A program made the position numbers and the translations under genes. A DNA stretch of 64,000 bases from Bugula neritina. Lineage: Eukaryota; Animalia; Bryozoa. Shown here piece after piece: positions 37,501 through 51,145 of the stretch; the first letter of the stretch is position 1; each line of letters starts with the position of its first letter. The notes below the pieces were generated by a model. It saw nothing but the letters and a program-made list of their open reading frames with translations. It was not told the origin of the DNA and did not search any database. Location of the stretch: positions 6,481,190 to 6,545,189 of the forward strand of contig OZ037771.1 of NCBI GenBank assembly GCA_964035545.1, in the 5' to 3' direction.

Positions 37501-40500
37501 AGTTGGGCAGGAGTTTCATCCTCGTAAGCTTCTGCCTCTCTGAGCTTTTTTCTGTAGCCCTCTTGAGTCAAGTTAAAGCGCTCCAATAAGGCTTCTTTGA
37601 CTTTTTTATAATCTCTACGATCGGTAGGTGACAACCGGATGTAAGCTTCTGTTGCTGTACCCCTTAGGTACTGACTGAGATGGTAGGGCCAATCTCCCTT
37701 GTCCCAATTACATCCTTCGGCAACCCACTCGAACCGCTCTAAATAGCTATCCATTTCGTCCACCTTCTCATCAAAGAATGGTATTTTTGGTTTTGGTTTG
37801 TTAGCTATTTCTAACCTGGTGCTCTCATGTTTTGAGTGCTCCAAACTTGTGTTAGCTTTCAGCTTTTCCATATCCAATTCATGTTGTTGTCTTCTCTCTT
37901 CTGCCTCCTGGTCAGCTTTTATCTTGAGTGCCATTGCCTCCTGATCAGCTTTTATCTTCATCTCCATTATGGCTTTCTCATTTTCTTGCTTGATCCTTTC
38001 CGCCTCACGCTCTAATCTACGCTCCTCTCGGTCCTTTTCTTTTTCCTCTCGGTCCTTTTCTTTTTCCTCTCGTGCCTTTTCTTTTTCCTCTTGTGCAGCA
38101 ACAATGGGTAGGTTCTTTTCAATAAAAGCTACGAGCTTGTCCTCCACCAATCCAAGATCTTTACCCATCTGTGTCACTCTCTCCAACAACGCCATAATGT
38201 CTCAACAACTGTTAATTAATCCTGTGTATACTCACGTTGTAACTAATAACTTCCCTGTGTGCGACTGAGACTTCCCGGAGCAGCCCCCAATTGTCACAAA
38301 ACTGTTGGTAGCAGTGTGACGAGTTCGAAAAGTCTGGTAGTCAGAAGTGTATAGACAAGTAGCATACAGCTTGCTAATCCAGTTGTGAGTAAATAGAGTT
38401 GTGGATATATAAAGTAGACTTTATTTCTCTAGTAAGATATGCACAGATGAATTTGTAAAAATGAACTCCGAGAATGAACTGAACTGTAAACACAACTGCC
38501 TCAGTATTTATAGTAAACAAAAAGCTCTAGAATATTCTCAAGCATTCCAGTACAGAAGATTCTAGTAGAAAACATTCCCCACATGCCAATACTATTTATA
38601 GAAAAACAAAACAAAACATTGGAATTTCCATGGTTATTGCGCAACACCTTGTTTACATTGCTGGGCAGTAGTTAACATGACTAATGAAAACAATAACAAT
38701 GAACAATGACCCATCTCTTTGATCAGTCTAGAATATTTATGAACATTCGTGTATAATCATTAGGAAAAACCCGGTAAGTCTATAGGTATATGTCCACTCA
38801 GAATTTGTGACAATAGTACATTTGGATATTTCCCTATAAAAAAGAAATATTTGTCTTTCTAGGTTAGACCATAGGTGGTCCTTTGATACATTAGAAGGCA
38901 ACTATAAATACAATACAATACACTTATAAAAATTACATTGAAAATTAACACTAAATTATTAGTTGCTTAGCTAGAAAAAGAACATATTATAATATATATC
39001 GCTAGTAGAATGTGTCATGACAACTTGTTTATAATAATATTACATCACTAAATTATGCTTACAGTAATGTACATTAACAGCAGCTAATGATATTATATAG
39101 AAAGTGGTGAAGACTAAAAAGCCACTACAATATATTAGTACATGATTAGTGATGTGCTGGTGATATTCTGTAGAATGTAATCTATAAGCCGGCATTGATG
39201 AAAGGAGAAGATCAGCCCATCCCTATCGTGCCACCTGTGTATTGCTCTAGTCAACCACACTTCTGCAACTTTACCTACAATGTTACTGTGGATAGAAATA
39301 CGCTGCCAACCCACTATGTGCTTGCATTACACAAGTCTGGCAGGGCTATTTATAGAACAAAATTTATAATAAACTTAGAAGAAGGTGAGTGATATTAAGG
39401 TGTGTACGAATTCATTTGCAAGAGAATTTTGCTTCTCATATCATCATGGCAGTCATAATTAAGTTAAGTTGACTAACCATACAAGGGTAGACAAATCTAA
39501 ATGTTGAAATGTTTAATTTAAGTCATTTTTCAGCCTTATCTGTTTCATAGATTTATTTTCCTGCATAAGATTAATGTAGTTAATGAACTCTCAGCTAAAT
39601 GTGAGAAACTTTTATGACAGAAAATAGCTGACAAATTGTAGAACCCAGACCTTTACGCTGGCAAGAAGCTCCTTACATGGAGGAGAGAGATAACTCCATA
39701 CACCTGGAAGCTCAGGCCACAGGCTATCCGAGGCCAGACGAATATATCATCACAAATTCTACAGATCATATTATCTACAGGAAGAGAACGGAGCGAGGTA
39801 AAAGCAGCAGTATTAGACTTTAAATCGAGAGCTCAATAAATCGATGCAATGAAATATATGAAAACGAATGTTTAAAGCTGGCCTCTACACTAAAATTAGC
39901 ATAGATTACGGTAGACATTTGGTCAAATGAGCAAAGTTAAGGTTTATAGTTTGTTTAATTTAGTGTCACACCAATGCATTATTTAAAAAGGGGCAAAAAA
40001 TTTGCAATCTTAAAAACATGCAGTCTTAGTTTCAGAAAGAGTATTTTGGAATGATACATCAGAACTATTTTTGACGGCTAAAAACCGAATTGGTGAAATC
40101 ACGGAGCCAATAGCTTCCCGTGAAATCTCAACAGCATTGCAGGTGTCTGCCGCTTCTCAGAACCAAAAACGTAAGACAGGTGAGTGATAACTTATCAGCC
40201 AAGTATTAGCTCAGAGAAATTTACCTGTGTGCAGGTAAATTCGAAAATTTACCTGCACACAGGAGGTAGTTGCAATAATGGAGAAATTGAGAAAAGCCTG
40301 TGTTCTAGATTAGAAGCGTAGCAAAAGAAGTTATAGTCTCAAGAGAATTTCAACCAACACCCAAACCAAAATTTACTTAAAAATTAAAAAACTTAAGCTA
40401 TCTCAATTTCTCCACTACTGCTCCTAAAGTTTGTATAACAACACATATTGACATGGCTAACACATGTAGCAGGACCAGTATTGTATGGCATGGTGTGATT

Positions 40501-42024
40501 AATATTTGCTTGGTGCCTAGATCAATTAATTGCATTCAGTGACACAGCTATGGAATAAGTTGACTCAAGCGATATTTATCAATGTAGTTTAATAATTTTT
40601 GCAGTTGACAGAAAAATCATTGTGGGCGCGGCAATTGCAACTTCGATAGGGATTGGCTTAGCCATTGCGGTTTTGGTCTACTCTATCAGAGCGAGATCAG
40701 TTTGTAGAGGTAAGCCAATTGCATGGTAATAATGATGTCATTGTGTTTGTATTGTTGAAAAACTTTATAAGGTATCCCAAGATGAGAATTCAGTGTGTAG
40801 AAGTGTTGAGGTATATGCAGAATCCTAAAATTGATTAATAGACTTAGCTCTAGTGAAAATTTGTAGCATGAGAACTCATCTGTCTCCGAAATATAACAGT
40901 AACATTGCACTATACTAAAAATTCAAAGTAAAATTATTGACAGACTAAAACAGATCTGTATTTCTTCACCTAACAGTAATTTGTAAATTATGTTCAATTC
41001 TTCCTTTTTGATAGAAAAAACAACTTCTTGTATTGCAAACTATAGCTGTCTTTATAGCTGAAAAAATGCAAACCAGCACTAATTCTAAACTTTAATGAGC
41101 AAGAGAGAAAGATGTGTATACATACTTATTAGATATGGACTGCTTGAGTTCCCATTACAGATTATGCATTATTATGAAACATTACTTGTAGAGGTAAATG
41201 TAGATGACCAAAATAGACTCGGTACAGCAGAACCTGATCCAAGTCATCTGAATAAGTTTTCTAACTGCATAGATGATGTTGCAAACCGAGAAAACAACTT
41301 CTCAAGAAATAGCACAGATGATGGAGATTCAGATCTGTGTATTGACGGACGCTCCTTTGTACCACACAAAAATGTAAACCAACCTACGAAATCATCACCA
41401 AAAACAGAAACATCCCAGCTAAATCCCGAAAGCAATAAAATTGTTACCATACACAATCACTTTTACCTGAGTTCCAATGGGGATAAACAAGTTAAGGATG
41501 AGAGGCTAAATAGCTTCATTCCTCATTATGCACCAGATATTCCAAGCTCCTTAGAATCTTATGCTAGCAATGATGACAGTGACTCAGACCTAACTATTGA
41601 CGGTATGCTTCACAGCACCCTACTGTCAGAAAAAGAGCAATTGTTTGATGAATATCCAAGAGTAACCCAAACGCCGACCTCATGTAAATATAAACAGCAG
41701 AGTAATTTAGAAACACCAAAATATATACATCAGCAACATCTAGATGCATTGACACTCTCACACAATATCATCAAAGATAGCACAAGCCTTCTACAAGCAG
41801 CCAAGTTTCCGGTCAGTATAGACAACTCCAAATCAAAGAAGGAAATTCGGTTAGAAAGAGGAAACAAATGTGGAAGTCAGCCAGTAATGGCCACAGAAGA
41901 AAAGTTAGACTATGATGAAGTCTCTAGCAGATGTTCGCAAGACGGGGTCGGGTTTGAGGAAGCAATGGAGTATCTAAAACCTTGCTCGGATTTCAGTGAA
42001 ACTGAGAGTAGCTGTAGTGTTTGA
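28544..42024 (+). CDS. Paralog C: type-I membrane protein with ~280-aa tail. Exons 28544-28577, 32413-32579, 39174-39384, 39642-39797, 40030-40179, 40605-40709 (TM), 41192-42024
   Basis: Signal peptide MRICQGVVLCWCLVAVTA; YTYDALYDE, CSSQPHFCNFTY, AQATGYPRP, LTAKNRIG; TM IIVGAAIATSIGIGLAIAVLVYSI; same intron phases as A and B. Confidence 0.83.
28878..29033. repeat. Small palindromic MITE-like element
   Basis: TTCTATAAGCAGC..AGTTGGGGGTGACTGA facing TCAGTCACCCCCAACT..GCTGCTTATAGAA. Confidence 0.6.
29821..31541 (-). mobile_element. Non-autonomous hAT (Charlie-like) transposon in intron 1 of paralog C
   Basis: TIRs CAGGGGTGTCCAAC / GTTGGACAGCCCTG, 8-bp TSD GTATAGAT; decayed transposase C-terminus (FSQMKY...LRVACS...KQ) on - near 30255-30415. 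Confidence 0.88.
33726..38195 (-). CDS. Single Gag-PR-IN-RT-RNaseH polyprotein (1489 aa)
   Basis: SCAN-like capsid (YRKKLR...EQFISSCP), two CCHC knuckles, MRDTGC, HDCIMSGH...CDIC, IDLVGP/ISDQG/LVEK, GPF, then YIDD and TDASD...ADYLSR. Confidence 0.96.
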   Translation of the reverse strand: MALLERVTQMGKDLGLVEDKLVAFIEKNLPIVAAQEEKEKAREEKEKDREEKEKDREERRLEREAERIKQENEKAIMEMKIKADQEAMALKIKADQEAEERRQQHELDMEKLKANTSLEHSKHESTRLEIANKPKPKIPFFDEKVDEMDSYLERFEWVAEGCNWDKGDWPYHLSQYLRGTATEAYIRLSPTDRRDYKKVKEALLERFNLTQEGYRKKLREAEAYEDETPAQLFTRIETYVHKWVELSGGMDIAKLVATEQFISSCPDDLAVHLKQSSYNSSEDMCDAASLFLHARGRKLAKTKKTNTKRMENTPASSMNAEQGSKSDGACFICKDKSHMARNCPRRGKKYCSHCKMNNHNTSDCRKYGGRSVHAAAAIATTQNKTVVKDPGISSEVEEPMEITVNGKKFVNAAVCKNGPKFKDGGTAIFDAEVNGQRATVMRDTGCGCIVVNAKYVQPQHLTGESVYLKMADASVRDAQWALISVRSPFYNGVVKAAVMDKTICDLLIGNVDGARSADQPLENWKDCAVTTRAQAVKEKSGDKPLMIDSNANPLSIGKDEVARLQRDDPTLERFFDAKEVKEKKGCTTRFVVRNKILYREYTDSKSVSVKPVKQLMVPSSLRKEVLQKAHDCIMSGHLGVKKTTDRVLFNFFWPGLNGDVVRFCQSCDICQKTVKKGSVMKVPVQETPLIDTPFKRCAIDLVGPINPPSEKGHRYILTLVDYATRYPEATPLKNIDSATVAEALLDIYSRVGIPEEVISDQGTQFISDYMKEFTRLLDMRQLPTSPYHAMANRLVEKFNGTLKSMLKKLCAKEPRQWHRFINAALFAYREVPQESTGFAPFELLYGRTVRGPMYILRQLWTKEDTADEVKTCYQHVFELRERLDDMMEMALASLKDSQKRYKHYFDKKAKQRDFKSGDKVLILLPTDGNKLLMHWQGPFNIEEKVRLNDYIINIRDKRRTYHANMLKKYFERETPTDPMTVGAVMTLDAAGTGIIDHDEEREEGQDDLLDLYSKKQQTETSKDVILGEELENQQRRQLEELLRKFEGIFSDLPGNATGIEHSIELTTDEPVKSKPYGLPYRVRETLKADIEDMLKMGVIRPSTSPYASPTVIVKKPDGSNRICIDYRKLNRVSVFDPEPMVKTDDVFRKLSKDKYFTKLDLSKGYWQIPVKKEDIPKTAFVTPDGHYEFIKMPFGMVNSGATLVRGLRKLFVNLKGVDNYIDDILVHTESWEEHVKMLTEVFSRLATAGLTVRPSKCRVGGTNMEFIGHKLYRGEIKPMDDNIEKIRAAPRPTNKTQVRSFIGLTSYYREYIPHYSTIASPLTDLTKKGEPKKVKWQEPQEKAYTTLKTMLTSAPILKLPDVHKPFVLRTDASDVGLGAVLMQPQDGKLFPVSYASRKLLDRERNYSAIEKECLAVVWAVKKYLQYLYGVEFVLQTDHQPLVYINQAKFENSRVMRWAMYLQNFRIKVESIKGKDNVGADYLSRIDSEF
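38272..38289 (-). promoter_or_regulatory. PBS resembling tRNA-Pro
   Basis: TGGGGGCTGCTCCGGGAA vs canonical Pro PBS TGGGGGCTCGTCCGGGAT. Confidence 0.65.
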
Positions 42025-42543
42025 AACTAACTGCTAACATTGAACTGCTGCTGTGTAGTCTAATACTCTGACACACTACAGATAAAGCTATGCCGTAACT
42101 GTGTAACCGTATGTTTATTTTATGTTGCTATGTCCAGTTAATGTGTAGCTGCACTACGACTCCTTGAGCAACAAGTGATGGGTAGGCTGTATTGTATGAT
42201 TGAAGTTATTTTTTTAATTAAAATATAATGAAAATTAATAGCAAATTAATTGAAAATAAATTTCTAAAAAATAAAATAAGTGTAATCTTTTACAGCAAAA
42301 CTATCTAAAATAAAGAAAAGTTAACAAAATAAATGATTTGAAAATGCTGAGCAAAAGCAAACCAAGAAAACATAACAGAAGAAATGTAGACTAGTTGGGA
42401 ATACTTGTTTCGAATTATCACCAGAAAATAAAGAATAACATCAAATACAGGACAGAAGCACTAAATAATATAATAGCAATAGACTGACAGACAATTTGCC
42501 ACGGCATTTAACTGATATTTTTGGCAAATTAGGGCTGACGGAG

Positions 42544-47400
<4,857 letters not shown>

Positions 47401-48249
47401 GATGCTCGAATGACTAAAAATATATAAACATTATCCAAAATTATGTAGGTACAGGTTGGGTAAAATAATTTTTAAAGACAACAGATATACTCTTAGATAA
47501 TTCCAATATAAATTGTAAGCACTAATGCTGCTAGCTACTTAAGCAATAGCTTGGTTTTTGCTGAAAGTAAATTAAGAAATATTTGAATCTTGAAAATCCA
47601 ATTCAATAACGATAATAAAGTGCTTAGAGTGTAGACTGTAGAGTGTTCCTAACATGTGCTACTAAGCTAATAAGTTATTATCTTAAGTCAATAAGATAAT
47701 GCCGAACTCAGACTTCACAATAAAAATTAAAAAGCCTCCAGTTTGGCTAATGGAATTACTACCAAAATAAAACACCCATAATTGCTTAATAGAAATAAAA
47801 AATTGTTCAATAATGTGAATATATAATTAGAAAATTTAACAATAACATCATAAAACCCAATAACATACTAGGTCTAGGGGTTAAAGCATTTGCCTAGTAT
47901 TGGTCCACTGTGTTGACCATTCTACTAGGTCATATTTTGTTTCAATAAAAATGAAATACATCAACCATGGCTTCCGTCTTGATTGGGAAATCCCAGATGG
48001 TTTATTATCTAGTTTCCCCGACAAGAATAGGTTGACGGTTTGACATTGATCTATCTATTTTTCTCTTGCGCCTTTTGTAGCATTTTTGCTCTTTGTATTA
48101 CCTTCTTTATAGTTTGTTTTCCCTCCTGCTTCTTGTGTTTTTTTCAGTTTCAGGTTTCTTCTTTTATTATATAGGTGAAGATTTATAGTTTCTTCTTTAG
48201 GCAGTGATAGCCCAAAATTTTATGACAGCTTCAGTCACAATTGTAGAGA

Positions 48250-49115
48250 TGATATCAGTAAATTGGTCTAGTATTTCTCCAGCGTCTAGCTTCTGTGAAG
48301 CAAATTTGCCTCCAATCTTTGCTTTAAAAGTTTAATGTACACATGGATCGTTCAGTTTTTTGTTTAGAGACTCTTTGAAAGCTCATTTAAGAAGTCAGCA
48401 TCACCAATCCCATGTCTGCCTCTGGAAAGCTTTTAGTTATGACGAAGTTGATACAGGACTACAGCTTTCTCCAGCACGGTGCAATCAATTTGATGTAATG
48501 TCTCAAGGAGGCTATACCAGGTCATCTTGTTGCTTTATTTAAACTGATATGTTTGCTAGTTTGAGGTTGGTGCATCTGTTAAATTATAGAAGCTTGAGCC
48601 CTTAGTCATTGGTTGTAACATTACCGTACTTCTTACAAGTGCTAAGCTAATCTTCAGCTCGATCAGTGCCTACTTCAGCATTGCAGTCGCCTTGAACAAT
48701 CAAAATTTCATTTTCCGGTGTTTCATTAATGCCATCCTGTAGCTAGTGATAGAGTTTTTCAACAACACTGTCATTCCACTTCAATGTTGAAGCGTATGCT
48801 TGAACTATTGCAATGCTTAATGGTGCTCCTCTGAGCAGTAAGATGGCAAGTTGGTTAGACACTGGGCAGAGATGCATTACCGTATTCAAGATCTCTTTGC
48901 GAACAATGAAGCTAACATAATTTTGATGTGTGTTATTCCTTCTACAGTAGTACATTCGATGGCTTTCAGATTTGGTTGTGTCCCCAGGCATTTTCCACCT
49001 GCACTCACAAAGGCCTATGATGTACCAGAAGTGTTTTGAAATAGCATGGGTTAATTCTTCAACCTTTTCTGCAGCATTTAGAATGTTAATGTTCTGTGTC
49101 CCCAGTATCAGGTTT
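48250..49115 (-). pseudogene. Decayed LINE (RTE-like) AP-endonuclease fragment
   Basis: IIGLCECRW...VSFIV...IVQAYAST...LIVQGDCNAEVG with in-frame stops. Confidence 0.75.
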
Positions 49116-51145
49116 TCTCTTTTGCTGATTCATTTTTTTATTTTGTCTCTCTGTAGCCTACTTATAACCTCTGCTTTGGTGTGCAGCAGTATGCATGGTC
49201 TTTGATGATCCAAGCAGTGATTAACCCGGTATGGTGTAAATATTTGCAGACCCCATGAGTATGAATGCATAGAGATAAAAGAATACAGAAAAAATGAGCA
49301 TGCAGAATAGATAGATAAAGAATGCATTCAAGTGTAGTTAAGAAGAGATTGTGAATACATAAATTAACAATGTGTAAGTGAGTGTAACTGTTAGAGTGTA
49401 ACTGTTAGAGTGTAACAGTGAGTGATCAACCTAAAAGTCAACACAATACTTAATCAAAATAATTCATACTGAACCTGATAATAAGATTCATATTTATGTT
49501 AAGTTTAAAGTAACTTCGTACCGTAAGAATAAATTTCCATTTGAATTGCTACTAGGATTAGACCAAATGTGAGTGTGTGCATACATTTTTAAAAAAAATC
49601 AGTACAAGTAATAGTATAGCTATTAGTATATCTATAGGTATAATTAATTAGAGTAAGTATAAGTATAACATTAAGTTTAACTATATGTTATAATAATATT
49701 ATGTATCTTAATCTTTTGTTGTATGACCGATAGGCGATAACTAATAAGCGATAAGCATCTAAAAAACTGAAAGAATAAATGCTAACCGTCAGTGTTATGT
49801 TGTTAACCAAATAGATATATTTGTCTTTTTAAATTTGTGAACTAAGTTTTCACTAGTTCACGATTGTAGACAATAAAATATTAAATCCAATATCGCCTGA
49901 TCTACTTACACTGCAAGTTATAACACATTTTGTTACGCCCACTTGGCTACTGAGAAAATGGAAACGCTAAAATAAAGAGTTGTCCTTTCACAACAGTCGT
50001 ATGTTAGGTTGACGTCTGTTTTGGCGACATTTTTGTAACAATCACAGTCGTCTATAATTATTTTAACCTCATCGGTAATTCGAATACAATTTTAAGACTA
50101 TTTTTGCGCTATTTTCGTAGCTCCAGTTTTGATCAGTTTCGCTTTAATCGGCACTGTAATTTCTATTGGCCAAGTGTTAGTATTACAGTATTACTCGTTT
50201 AGTCTCATCACTGTAAGTATAAGTATAACATAAACTAATACCAAGACTAATACAATAGTAATACTATAACTCTTATTATTAGTATTACTTTAATTTCAAG
50301 TTTGAAAATCAAACAGAAACTGGTGTGGACAGTCACCAAGTGAATTTGAAGCTCATACTGATACTCATACTGCCAGTTTCAGTTTGAGTTTCAGTTTGAG
50401 TGCTGGACTTGGTGCTAGTCAGTATGAGTGATACTGATAGTAATCCTCATACTCATAGTCATAATGATAGTCATACTGATAATCATACTGAGCTTGGCTG
50501 TGAATGGACACCCAGTCTCACAATGACAGTGACTGACATACTCATACTGATAGTGATAGTGATATTCTTACTCCAAGTCATAATGATAATCATAATGATA
50601 ATCATAATGTGATAAAGATAATGGTAGTCATAGTGATACTTATTGTGATAATGATGATCATCATAGTGATAAAATTAGTGATTATCAATATGATAATAAT
50701 ACTGATAGTAATACTGAGAATAATAAAGTTAAACTTGGAAGTTGAAGTTAAACTTAAAGTAAAAGTGGTAATTATAATGATAATTAATATAATAATTATT
50801 ATAATAATATTAATTATTTAATTTTATAAATTGGCCAATCGAAATAATCAAATTTGCAGCTTAATACTCATTTCCTTTTAGAACCCGGTGATTGTGCTTT
50901 GACTTCATTTACTATTTAATTTACAATCATTGTGTTTGATGGCTTTAAACTTATATTACCATTTGTTCTTTTATCTCATTATCTATGTTACTATTAGTGT
51001 TTTTGTAGGTGTTCCTGTAATAAATCTAAGTGGTTGAGAGGATGAACATGCTTTGATAAATACTCCGTCATCCAAAAAAGCAACCACCAATCATTCATCT
51101 TCGCGGTTATCATATGTATCTGATGTGATGGATAACAGCTATGAG

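Larger units (their letters stand above)
33159..38812 (-). mobile_element. Intact Gmr1-type Gypsy LTR retrotransposon (5654 bp), antisense in intron 2 of paralog C
   Basis: 521-bp LTRs (33159-33679, 38292-38812) with no difference seen, TGTCACAAA...TTTGTGACA termini, 5-bp TSD ATAGT, PPT AGAATGGGGGG. Confidence 0.97.

Noticed and set aside
33726-38195. Ty1/copia assignment based on IN-before-RT order
   Set aside because: RT (CIDYRKLN, YIDD), RNase H (TDAS) and IN (GPF) motifs are Gypsy-type, which fits Gmr1.
38228-38240. GTGAGT donor in the Gmr1 leader suggesting a subgenomic RNA
   Set aside because: No extra ORF or convincing distal acceptor identified.
41095-41191. N-terminal part of the 309-aa ORF as an independent gene start
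   Set aside because: Better explained as intron read-through upstream of the in-frame acceptor at 41191 for paralog C.
50400-50821. Hydrophobic Ile/Val-rich ORFs
   Set aside because: Low-complexity GATAAT/CATAGT repeat similar to 2496-2700.
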